Shown: positions 9,084-17,531 of the stretch, piece after piece
Numbering within the stretch: the stretch's first letter is position 1
Layout of the letters: every line of letters begins with the position of its first letter
Translations under genes and position numbers: made by a program
Origin: Candidatus Dormiibacter inghamiae
GTDB lineage: Bacteria; Chloroflexota; Dormibacteria; Dormibacterales; Dormibacteraceae
Assembly: GCA_016464725.1 (NCBI GenBank)
Contig: JAEKNO010000030.1
Coordinates: 41,803 to 105,802 of the forward strand
Direction: 5' to 3'
DNA length: 64,000 bases
Notes under the pieces: model-generated
Database searches by the model: none
The model's input: only the letters and a program-made list of their open reading frames with translations
What the model was told of the DNA's origin: nothing

Positions 9084-9887
9084 CTAGCCGCCGCCGCGGG
9101 AGTTGATAACCACAGCGACGATGGCGTAGATGATGCCGCCGAGCAGCAGGACTGTGCCGATGATGCCCAGGATGAGTCCCGCAGTCGCCATACCTCCGCC
9201 ACCAATGGTCCCACCGCTGGCGGCAACGCGACGGCGGGCGCTGAGGCTCAAGAAGACCGCGACAGGACCGCAGAGCGAGCAGCAGACGATGCTGATGATG
9301 CCCAGGATCATCGACCAGAGCGCACCGTTGTCGCGGGGCGCTGCGGCCAGCGCGCCACCCCCTGTCGAATAAGACGGCGGTGGGCCGTAGGAAGCTCCGC
9401 CGGAGTACTGCGAGCCGCTTGAATACGGCTGGTTCTGGGGACTGTAGGAGGGAGGCGGCGGGGGCGGTGGTACGCCCGGGCCCGACTGTGGCTGCCAACC
9501 GCCTGGAGGGCTCTGGCCCGGCTGCGAAGGGGGCTGCCAACCACCTGGAGGGCTCTGAGTAGGCTGCGAGGGGGGCTGCCAACCGCCCGAGCTGCTGGAC
9601 GCCTGGCCCGGCTGGGAAGGTGGCTGCCAACTGCCCGCACTGCTCGGCGGCGGTGGGGGCGGCGGCGGTCCGCCCTGACCGTGCTCGGAGGGTGGTTGCC
9701 AGCCGCCCGAGCTGCCGGAGCCGCCGGGAGCCGGGCCCTGGCCTGACTCAGAGGGCGGCTGCGAGCCACCGGGGCCGCCGGAGCTGCCCGAAGACGAGCC
9801 CTGGCCGGACTGTGAGGGTGGCTGCCAGCCAGCCGACCCGCCGGAAGAACCGGGCGGGTTGGGAGGCGGCGGCGGATTTTCGCTCAA
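9084..9887 (-). CDS. Pro/Gly/Ser-rich repeat protein with C-terminal DUF4190-type membrane domain
   Basis: Seven GWQPPSQ-like units, then LWSMILGIISIVCCSLCGPVAVFLSL...ATAGLILGIIGTVLLLGGIIY. Confidence 0.7.
   Translation of the reverse strand: MSENPPPPPNPPGSSGGSAGWQPPSQSGQGSSSGSSGGPGGSQPPSESGQGPAPGGSGSSGGWQPPSEHGQGGPPPPPPPPSSAGSWQPPSQPGQASSSSGGWQPPSQPTQSPPGGWQPPSQPGQSPPGGWQPQSGPGVPPPPPPPSYSPQNQPYSSGSQYSGGASYGPPPSYSTGGGALAAAPRDNGALWSMILGIISIVCCSLCGPVAVFLSLSARRRVAASGGTIGGGGMATAGLILGIIGTVLLLGGIIYAIVAVVINSRGGG
9470..9840 (-). repeat. in-frame tandem repeats (about 42-47 nt period) encoding G-W-Q-P-P-S-Q-P-G-Q units
   Basis: GGCTGCCAACC(G/A)CC recurs near 9490, 9532, 9574 and 9621, with degenerate copies further on. 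Confidence 0.6.
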
Positions 9888-9908
9888 GGTAAGACTCCTT
9901 ATCAGTTA

Positions 9909-10643
9909 TCAGTAGGTCGGTTGGGACGGATAGTAACCGGGATTGCTGGGAGGTGGCTGAGGAATTCTGGCCTGGCGCCGCTGCTCCAGATAGACCATTG
10001 CACCCGCATCCACCAGATAGGCATAAGGGATGGTGAAGGCCACGCCCACAATGCAGGCGATGACGCCCACCTGGCCGAGGAGTTGGCCGACGAAGCGGCC
10101 AAGCGCTGCCATGAACGAGTCCAGCGGGGCCGTCCGGAAGTCGTGTATGACGGCTGGCAGGTTGAGGCCGGCCCCAATGCCGCCGTAGTAGGTCCGCAGC
10201 AGGATCACTGGCGTCAACAGCGCCAGCCCGAGTGCCAGCACAAGCGCCCCCAGGTAGCCGGCCAGGATCACAACGACGCCGAGAACACCAAGAGCCCCCG
10301 TCGTGCCGGAATCACCGCTGAGGTTGGCGCCGATGGCTGTAAGCCCGAATCCAACCAGGTACACGATGCCCAACAAGACGGCGACGACCAGGCCGTAGAG
10401 CAGCAGCACCACACCTGGGTTGACTCCTCGACCGATGTAGCCGAACCCAGCCGGAGGAATCTCCTGACGCCCGCTGCGGAGGTTGTCAAAGGCTGTGTAG
10501 ACCCACCCGTACAGGTTGAGCACAATCACTATGTTGAGCAGCGGCACTAACAACAGGAGGCAGATGAGTCCCATGAGGAGGATTTTCGAGACCCAGCTCT
10601 GATCTCTCATCGGCCAGGCGAGCATGTCGCCAAAGTCGTACAT
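9909..10643 (-). CDS. polytopic membrane protein, DUF4013-like
   Basis: N-terminal W..KILLMGLICLLL..P and a GY/GW motif followed by 4-5 TM segments. The family assignment is from memory only. Confidence 0.5.
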   Translation of the reverse strand: MYDFGDMLAWPMRDQSWVSKILLMGLICLLLLVPLLNIVIVLNLYGWVYTAFDNLRSGRQEIPPAGFGYIGRGVNPGVVLLLYGLVVAVLLGIVYLVGFGLTAIGANLSGDSGTTGALGVLGVVVILAGYLGALVLALGLALLTPVILLRTYYGGIGAGLNLPAVIHDFRTAPLDSFMAALGRFVGQLLGQVGVIACIVGVAFTIPYAYLVDAGAMVYLEQRRQARIPQPPPSNPGYYPSQPTY

Positions 10644-10704
10644 ACAGCCGGAAACTATATAGCGCGCCGATTAAGCGGGAGGCGAACCGGCTCTAGCGAC
10701 CTGC

Positions 10705-11841
10705 TCAGCGGAGCAGTGCGCGAGCGATCACTACGCGTTGGATCTGGTTGGTGCCCTCGTAGATCTGAGTGATCTTGGCGTCGCGCATCATCCGCTCGAC
10801 GGGGTAGTCCTGGATATAGCCATATCCGCCCAGCACCTGCACGGCATCGGTAGTCACCGTCATCGCCATGTCGCTCGCGAACAGCTTGGCCATGGCAGCC
10901 GTCTTCGTCAAATCCTCCGCGCGCGAATCGACCTTGGTAGCGGCCAGGTAGACGAGGTGGCGCGCGGCTTCAATCTGGGTGGCCATGTCGGCCAGCATGA
11001 ACTGCAGCCCCTGGAATTCGGCGATCGGCCGACCGAACTGGCGGCGCTCTTTGGCGTAGTTGAGGGCGTACTCAAACGCCCCCTCGGCGATGCCGAGCGC
11101 CTGAGCTCCGATCCCCGGTCGCGAGCGATCCAGCACGCCGAGCGCGATCTTGAAGCCCTGGCCCTCCTCGCCCAGCCGGTTGTGAGCCGGGACCCGCACC
11201 TCGTCGAAGGCGAGCATGGCCGTCGGCGAGCCCCTGATGCCCAGCTTGTGCTCCAGCTTGGTGACTGTCCAGGGGCTCTCCTCCCGCTCCAGCACGAAAG
11301 CAGAGGTGCCGCGGGAACCGCCATCAGGATCGGTTCGGGCGAAGACGACGAGTGTGTCGGCCACGCTGCCGTGGGTGATGAAGATCTTGCTGCCGGAGAG
11401 GACGTACTCGTCTCCGTAGCGCTTCGCGCTCGTCCGCATGGCCGCCGCGTCCGAGCCGGAATCCGGCTCCGACAGCGCGTAGGCCGCGACCCTGCCCTCC
11501 GCCAGGGGCGGGCAGAGCCGCTTCTTCTGCTCCTCCGAGCCGGCCAGCAGGATTGGGTAGGAGCCGAGCGCCTGCACCGCCAGGATCAACGAGGAACTTG
11601 TGCAGACCTTGGCGATCTCCTCCACAGCCATGCAGATGGTGACGCTGGAACCTGAGATGCCGCCGTACTCCTCCGGAAAGGGGATGGCAAGGATGCCGTT
11701 CTCGGCGAACAGCTTCTCCAGGTCAGCCGGGTACTCGGACTTCTCATCTATCTCCGCCGCGCGTGGTGCCACCCGATCTTGGACGAGCTTCCGGACGGTG
11801 TCCCGGATGGCCAGCTGCTCGGCCGAGAAATTGAGGTCCAT
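10705..11841 (-). CDS. acyl-CoA dehydrogenase (short/butyryl-type)
   Basis: Full-length ACAD blocks: YALSEPDSGSDAAAM, GEEGQGFKIAL, QIYEGTNQIQRVVIAR. Confidence 0.9.
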   Translation of the reverse strand: MDLNFSAEQLAIRDTVRKLVQDRVAPRAAEIDEKSEYPADLEKLFAENGILAIPFPEEYGGISGSSVTICMAVEEIAKVCTSSSLILAVQALGSYPILLAGSEEQKKRLCPPLAEGRVAAYALSEPDSGSDAAAMRTSAKRYGDEYVLSGSKIFITHGSVADTLVVFARTDPDGGSRGTSAFVLEREESPWTVTKLEHKLGIRGSPTAMLAFDEVRVPAHNRLGEEGQGFKIALGVLDRSRPGIGAQALGIAEGAFEYALNYAKERRQFGRPIAEFQGLQFMLADMATQIEAARHLVYLAATKVDSRAEDLTKTAAMAKLFASDMAMTVTTDAVQVLGGYGYIQDYPVERMMRDAKITQIYEGTNQIQRVVIARALLR

Positions 11842-11850
11842 ACGGTGAGT

Positions 11851-12996
11851 TTATGGCCGCCCTCTGAGCAGGGAGCGAGCTATGACCAGGCGCTGAATCT
11901 GGTTTGTACCTTCATAGATCTGCAGCGCCTTGGCATCACGGAAGTGTCTCTCGAAGGGCTGATCACTCAGGTAGCCGTGGCAGCCGGCCAGGTCGAGGCC
12001 CTGGCTGGCAACCTCCATGGCAAGATCGGTGCAGAAGAGCTTCGCCATGGCGGCTTCGCGCGTGAACGGGCGGCCGGCCGAGCAGAGTGACGCCGCGTTG
12101 TGAGCCAGCTGCCGGCCGGCGGTGAGGAGGGTCGCGAGGTCAGCGAGAACAAATGACACCCCCTGGTCCAGAGCCACTTGCCGGCCGGACAGGTGGCGCC
12201 GGCGCGTGTAGTCAAGCGCCCCCTCGAGGACTGCCCGGGCGATCCCCAGCGCCTGCCCGGAGATGCCGATCCGGCCCGAATCCAGAGCCCGCATAGCGAT
12301 CGCAAAGCCTCCTCCCTCTGGGCCGAGCAGGTTTGCCGCCGGCACCTTCGCCTCTTCCAGCACGAGCTCGCCGGTGACCGAGCCGTTCAGGCCCATCTTG
12401 CGAAAGACCTGACCGACCTTGAGCCCGGCTGACTCGGCGGGCACGAGAAAGGCGCTGATCCCGGCGGCCCCCTCTTCGGCCGTGCGGGCGAAAACCAGGT
12501 AGAGCCCGGCCTCCCCCACATTGGTGATGAAGACCTTGGTTCCGTTGAGGACCCAATCCTGACCCACCCGCCGAGCAGAAGTGTTCAGGGCTGCGGCGTC
12601 TGAGCCGGAGCCCGGCTCGGTTAGAGCGAATCCGCCCAGCGTGCTCCCGCCGGCCAGCGCCGGCAGCCAGCGCTGCTTCTGCGGCTCGCTGCCGAAGAGA
12701 ACTATCGGCTCACTCGCGACAGAGTTGTGCACGTCCATGATCACGGCCGTGCTGGCACAGGCGCGGGCCAGCTCCTCCACCGCCAGGGTGAAGGAGAGGT
12801 GATCGAGTCCCGCACCGCCGTACTGACGCGGGACCAGCATGCCCATCAAACCCAGTTCGGCTGCGCGCCGGAGGATGTCGCGCGGAAAGGCGTGTTCACT
12901 GTCGATCGCAGCTGCTTTGGGCCTGACTTCTGCCTCAGCAAAGTCCCTGACCGCGTCCCGGACGACGAGCTGCTCGGCGGACGGTTCCAGCTGCAT
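11851..12996 (-). CDS. acyl-CoA dehydrogenase
   Basis: FALTEPGSGSDAAAL and QIYEGTNQIQRLVIAR. Start placed at ATG 12996 (MQLEPSAEQLVVRD). Confidence 0.85.
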   Translation of the reverse strand: MQLEPSAEQLVVRDAVRDFAEAEVRPKAAAIDSEHAFPRDILRRAAELGLMGMLVPRQYGGAGLDHLSFTLAVEELARACASTAVIMDVHNSVASEPIVLFGSEPQKQRWLPALAGGSTLGGFALTEPGSGSDAAALNTSARRVGQDWVLNGTKVFITNVGEAGLYLVFARTAEEGAAGISAFLVPAESAGLKVGQVFRKMGLNGSVTGELVLEEAKVPAANLLGPEGGGFAIAMRALDSGRIGISGQALGIARAVLEGALDYTRRRHLSGRQVALDQGVSFVLADLATLLTAGRQLAHNAASLCSAGRPFTREAAMAKLFCTDLAMEVASQGLDLAGCHGYLSDQPFERHFRDAKALQIYEGTNQIQRLVIARSLLRGRP

Positions 12997-13021
12997 GGCG
13001 GACCTACAATAGCCATCGCCC

Positions 13022-13444
13022 ATGGATGCTGGACCGCGCTATCTGGAAGGCACCACGATCGGCAGCGGTCGCGACATCATAGGGGTGCGGCGGGATCGGA
13101 TCAACGCGATCATCGAACAGGGCAAGGAGATAGTGACCCGAGCCAAGCAGGAGAAGATCCTGCCCAACACGATCACAGGTCCAACGGCCGCAGTGCTGGT
13201 CACCGTCGCCGGCTTCGGTGAGCCCCTGAGCGAAGGGCAGTGGCGCGAGCTCTCGGGAGTGGTCGGGGGCATCATGCGGGACCCTGATTTCGGTGATCTT
13301 TCCCGACTGCGGACGGTCGTCACGCCTGAGCAGTTCGCGATGGTGTCCCGAAATCCGGGCTATGCCCGCTTCTTCCATCGCAAGGACGACGGCCGCTGGG
13401 TCTGCGACCTGACACCCACGCTTGACGACGTCCCTGACGAGTAA
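13022..13444 (+). CDS. hypothetical protein
   Basis: 140-aa ORF with balanced composition (K/E/I/F present), unlike the GC-frame artefacts. No family recognised. Confidence 0.45.
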   Translation: MDAGPRYLEGTTIGSGRDIIGVRRDRINAIIEQGKEIVTRAKQEKILPNTITGPTAAVLVTVAGFGEPLSEGQWRELSGVVGGIMRDPDFGDLSRLRTVVTPEQFAMVSRNPGYARFFHRKDDGRWVCDLTPTLDDVPDE

Positions 13445-13456
13445 GGCGCAATCCGG

Positions 13457-14629
13457 TCAGCAGCCCAATTCGCGGGCGATCAGTATCCGCTGAATTTCGC
13501 TGGTGCCTTCGCCGATCTCGTTGATTTTCACGTCCCGCCAGTACCGCGCTACCGGATAGTCCTCGATGAACCCATAGCCGCCGTGGATCTGGACAGCCTG
13601 GTCGGCTGCCCGCTTGGAAGTCTCTGAGCTGAAGAGCTTGGCCATCGCCGCCAGCCGCCGGACCTCGCCCGTAAGCTTCCCGGCCGAGTTCTGGTAGGCG
13701 GTGGCGGCGCGATAGGTGATGAGGCGTGAGAGCTCCACCTCCATCGCCATGTCGGCCAGCTTGAACTGTACGGCCTGGTGTTTGGCGATCGGCCGGCCGA
13801 AGGCAACCCGTTCCTTGGCGTAGCTGAGCGCGGCGTCCAGGCAAGCCTGGGCCAGCCCGACTGACAGCGCCGCGATGGCCACCCTGCCGCCTGTCAGCGT
13901 GTGCAGGAACTGGGAGTAGCCGCCGCCCCGCCGGCCGAGCAGGCCTTGTTCAGGCACCCGGCAGCCGTCAAAGGCCAAAGGGTGCGTGTCAGAGGAATGC
14001 CAGCCGAGCTTGCGATAGGCCGGCTGCACTACGTAACCGGGAGTGCCACCCGGCACCAGCAGCGCGCTGATTTCCGGCCTTCCGGCAGCCGTTCGACCGG
14101 TCAGCGCTGTGATCGTCACCCCGGCAGAGATGTCCGTGCCGGAGTTGGTGATGAACTGTTTACTGCCTGCGATGACCCATTCGCCGTCCTGCAGCTCGGC
14201 CCGCGTGGCTGTGGCGCCCGCGTCCGAGCCGGCGCCCGGCTCAGTCAGCCCGAATGCCCACAGCCGTTTGCCGGCCAAGAGGTCGGGCAGAAGATCGGCT
14301 TTTTGCTGCGAGGTGCCGAAGTCATGGATGGGCGCGGCTCCCAGCGAGACGGCCGCCTCCAGGGTGATGCCAACTCCGGCGTCGCCGCGGGACAGCTCCT
14401 CGATGGCCAGGCAGTAGCTGAGGAAATCCGCGCCGGCGCCACCGTGCTCCTCGGCGAAGGGAAGCCCGAAGAGGCCCAGCTCGCCCATCTGGCGAACGAT
14501 CTCGTAGGGGAAGCGATGTTCGCGATCCAGCTCCTCCGCAGCAGGAGCGACAACCTGGCCGGCGAAGTCGCGGCAGAGATCGCGGATCGCCCTCTGCTCG
14601 TCGCTGAGCTCAAAATCCACCGGCGCCAT
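13457..14629 (-). CDS. acyl-CoA dehydrogenase
   Basis: FGLTEPGAGSDAGAT and EIGEGTSEIQRILIAR. Confidence 0.9.
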   Translation of the reverse strand: MAPVDFELSDEQRAIRDLCRDFAGQVVAPAAEELDREHRFPYEIVRQMGELGLFGLPFAEEHGGAGADFLSYCLAIEELSRGDAGVGITLEAAVSLGAAPIHDFGTSQQKADLLPDLLAGKRLWAFGLTEPGAGSDAGATATRAELQDGEWVIAGSKQFITNSGTDISAGVTITALTGRTAAGRPEISALLVPGGTPGYVVQPAYRKLGWHSSDTHPLAFDGCRVPEQGLLGRRGGGYSQFLHTLTGGRVAIAALSVGLAQACLDAALSYAKERVAFGRPIAKHQAVQFKLADMAMEVELSRLITYRAATAYQNSAGKLTGEVRRLAAMAKLFSSETSKRAADQAVQIHGGYGFIEDYPVARYWRDVKINEIGEGTSEIQRILIARELGC

Positions 14630-14663
14630 CGTAAGAGCAAGGGGAGGCAGGCCTCCCTGCGGC

Positions 14664-15095
14664 TCAGTTCGGCAGTACCGTCAGCTTCAAGGCCCAGTTG
14701 ACCAGCAGCGGCAGGGCGGCCAGAAAGGGGAGCGCCCGCAGCAATGCCGGGTGCGCCAGCAGCCGGACGTCCCGGTCTCTGACCAAAGCGACTATCAGCA
14801 AGGCAATGCCGACCACTGTCGCCGCGAAGAACACAGGCCCCAGGGGATAGAGCTGCAGAGCGTGGCCGAAGTCACCGTTCCAGGTGTAGGCGAAGGAGCG
14901 GGTGCCGCCGCAGAGCGGACAGGGATGACCGGTGACTGCCAGGAAGGGGCAGCGCGGCAGGGTCGCGTTGACGCTGTGCAAGGGCCAGAAGAAGCGCGTG
15001 TACAGCAGCCAAGCGGAGAAAAACGCGAGAAGGCAAACGTTGCGCACGCGCGCGTAGTGATCGGCCGGAACTACAGCCACGGCAACCGGCATCAC
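14664..15095 (-). CDS. DUF2752-type membrane protein
   Basis: CPFLAVTGHPCPLCGGTRSF motif followed by TM helices. Confidence 0.6.
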   Translation of the reverse strand: MMPVAVAVVPADHYARVRNVCLLAFFSAWLLYTRFFWPLHSVNATLPRCPFLAVTGHPCPLCGGTRSFAYTWNGDFGHALQLYPLGPVFFAATVVGIALLIVALVRDRDVRLLAHPALLRALPFLAALPLLVNWALKLTVLPN

Positions 15096-15205
15096 GCCGG
15101 CGAGTCTAGCAGTCAGGCGTTCTAGTGTCCTGCGACACTAGCGGGGCGGGTTCATAAGGATTGTCCGGGTTCCGTCTGGTGCTTGCCTGCCGGCCGGCGC
15201 GCTGC

Positions 15206-16072
15206 TCAGGCCCCGACCAGCACCTCCACCAGCTCGTCAGTCGTCTCGGCCACCCGCACGCCGGCGGCCCGGAACGCCTCCTCCTTGCTTTTGGCGGTGC
15301 CTCGGTTGCCGGAGACGATGGCGCCTGCGTGGCCCATGCGCTTGCCCTCGGGCGCCGTGCGACCGGAGATGAAGGCGACGGTCTTGAGGCGCGAGCCGCG
15401 CCCCAGCAGCTCGGCCGCTCTCTCTTCATCAGAGCCGCCGATCTCTCCGATGAGCGCCAGGTGCGTGGTTTCCGGATCGTTCTGGAAGAGCTCGACCACG
15501 TCCCAGAACGAGAGGCCCAGCACTGGATCGCCGCCTATGCCCACGATCGTGGACTGGCCTGCCCCGGCCGAGGTCAGGGCGGCCATTGCCTCGTAGGTGA
15601 GTGTGCCGCTGCGGGACACCACGCCAACATGCCCGGGCAGCGAGAACTGCTGCGGGATGATGCCGATCTTGGCCACGCCGGGCGTGATCAGACCAGGGCA
15701 GTTGGGGCCGATCAACCGACAGCCGGGATGGAGGCGAAGGAAGTCCCTGACCCGGATCATGTCCTGGATCGGGATGCCCTCGGTGATGCAGACCACCAGC
15801 GTCAGGCCGGCGGCCGCCGCCTCCATGATCGCGTCAGCTGCAAACGGGGGCGGAACGAAAATGCCTCCCGCATTGGCACCTGTCTCGCGCACGGCGTCGG
15901 TCACCGTGTTGAAGATCGGCACGCCGAGATGAGTGGTGCCGCCCTTACCTGGGCTGGTTCCGGCAACCACGTTGGTGCCCATCGACTGCATCTGCTCGGT
16001 GTGGAAGGTGCCTTCCCGGCCGGTGATCCCCTGCACCACTACCCGGCTCTCACGGTTCAAGAGGATGCTCAT
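15206..16072 (-). CDS. sucD: succinate--CoA ligase subunit alpha
   Basis: [18 protein letters not shown] and [10 protein letters not shown]...MGHAGAI (phospho-His loop). Confidence 0.95.
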   Translation of the reverse strand: MSILLNRESRVVVQGITGREGTFHTEQMQSMGTNVVAGTSPGKGGTTHLGVPIFNTVTDAVRETGANAGGIFVPPPFAADAIMEAAAAGLTLVVCITEGIPIQDMIRVRDFLRLHPGCRLIGPNCPGLITPGVAKIGIIPQQFSLPGHVGVVSRSGTLTYEAMAALTSAGAGQSTIVGIGGDPVLGLSFWDVVELFQNDPETTHLALIGEIGGSDEERAAELLGRGSRLKTVAFISGRTAPEGKRMGHAGAIVSGNRGTAKSKEEAFRAAGVRVAETTDELVEVLVGA

Positions 16073-17196
16073 CTCGTCATCTCCACGATCTTCTGAGCTG
16101 CCTCCCAGCCGCTGGCGCCTGGCTCGATGCCGTTGGCGCGCAGGAGCTCCCGCCCCTCGGTCTCGTTGGTGCCGGAGAGCCTCACCACCAGCGGCAGCCG
16201 CAAGTTCAGACTGTCGCGGGCCTGAACCAGGCCGCGGGCCACCTCGTCGCCGCGCGTGATGCCGCCGAAGACGTTGATCAGCACTCCCCGCACGTTGGGA
16301 TTCATGAGGATGACCGAGAGAGCGTTCTCCACCACCTCGGCCTTCGCCCCGCCGCCGATGTCGCAGAAGTTGGCAGCCCGCCCGCCGGCGCGCTGGACCA
16401 AATCCAGGGTGCCCATGCAGAGTCCGGCGCCGTTTCCGATGATGCCAACCTCGCCTTCCAGCGAGACGTACGTGAGGTTGCGCTTCTTGGCCTCGCGCTC
16501 GTAGGGGTCACCCTCCACCACATCGCTGTAGCGTTCTTCCAGCTCCCGGTGCCGGAAGGCGGCGTTCTCGTCGGTCTCCAGCTTGGCGTCGCCGGCGATC
16601 ACCTTGCCCTGCTTGCTGATGACGAGAGGGTTGATCTCAGCAGTGACGGCGTCGTAATCGGTGATGGCGCGAAAGAGCTGCCGGATCACAGGCACCAGCG
16701 CCCGGCTGTGCGAGCCGAGATCAGCCTCCCAGACCAGCTGGTTCAGCTCGAAGTTGAGCGGGCCGCGCCAGGGGTTCGGGTAGAGGCGGGCGATGGCGTC
16801 GGGCGACTCCTCCGCCAGCTGTTCGATATCCATGCCGCCCTGCGCCGAGAGCATGAGGACGTTGGCGCGTGCGTCGCGGTCGACAGTGAAGCCCAGATAG
16901 ACCTCCTGCGCGATGTCCAGAGCGGTCTCGCAGTAAACCAAAGGCACCCGAAAGCCTTTGATGTCCATGCCGATGATCTGCTCTGCCGCCGCCCGAGCCT
17001 CGTCGGCGGTCTGAACCAGCTTGATGCCGCCCGCCTTGCCCCGGCCGCCGACAGGCACCTGCGCCTTGACGGCGACAGCACCGAGCTCGGCGCAGGCCCG
17101 CGCTGCCTCCTCCGGGTTGTGCGCGACCCGGCCCGGCGGGATGGGAATCCCCAGCTGACTCAGAACTTCCTTCGCCTGGTATTCGAGCAGCTTCAT
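16069..17196 (-). CDS. sucC: succinate--CoA ligase subunit beta
   Basis: [12 protein letters not shown]...[18 protein letters not shown]. Overlaps sucD by 4 nt. Confidence 0.95.
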   Translation of the reverse strand: MKLLEYQAKEVLSQLGIPIPPGRVAHNPEEAARACAELGAVAVKAQVPVGGRGKAGGIKLVQTADEARAAAEQIIGMDIKGFRVPLVYCETALDIAQEVYLGFTVDRDARANVLMLSAQGGMDIEQLAEESPDAIARLYPNPWRGPLNFELNQLVWEADLGSHSRALVPVIRQLFRAITDYDAVTAEINPLVISKQGKVIAGDAKLETDENAAFRHRELEERYSDVVEGDPYEREAKKRNLTYVSLEGEVGIIGNGAGLCMGTLDLVQRAGGRAANFCDIGGGAKAEVVENALSVILMNPNVRGVLINVFGGITRGDEVARGLVQARDSLNLRLPLVVRLSGTNETEGRELLRANGIEPGASGWEAAQKIVEMTR

Positions 17197-17531
17197 CGGT
17201 CCGGAAGACTAGCCGAATACGATGCTCCGGCTGTGTCGAGCCCCTTTTGGAAGCCACTTCGACACGCCGTGCCGGCGGCGGTCGGCCGTTCCAAAAGGCG
17301 ATTCCGCGGCCGTCAGCGCCGGGTCCCAACCGCCTCCAGGTATTGGATCGGGGCGACCAGGGTGCCATCCGTCGCAGTGTTGAACCGGTCGCTCAGCTGG
17401 GTCAGGTCCCGTCAGGGCTTCCGCTACTACCTGACACCAGCCGGGCAGGAGCTGGCTGAGCTGGTGATGCAAAGTGTTTCGGAAAGCAAGGGCGCCTGGG
17501 CCCTTGTCTCACTAGGTGCCTGTACCAGCAA

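Noticed and set aside
9070-9769. Alternative-frame ORFs 9070..9630 and 9308..9769 over the Pro/Gly-rich gene.
   Set aside because: These are out-of-frame readings of the same repeat DNA and encode Arg/Ala/Pro strings. Only frame 9084..9887 ends in a coherent DUF4190-type membrane domain.
17197-17531. A possible decayed winged-helix regulator in the 335-nt sucC-pccB spacer. One plus frame reads ..VRSRQGFRYYLTPAGQELAELV, which is wing-like. Another frame reads ..RLQVLDRGDQGAIRRS.
   Set aside because: At least one frameshift is needed to join the pieces. There is no credible start or N-terminal HTH, and the remainder of both frames is Arg-rich noise. This is insufficient to call a CDS or a pseudogene.
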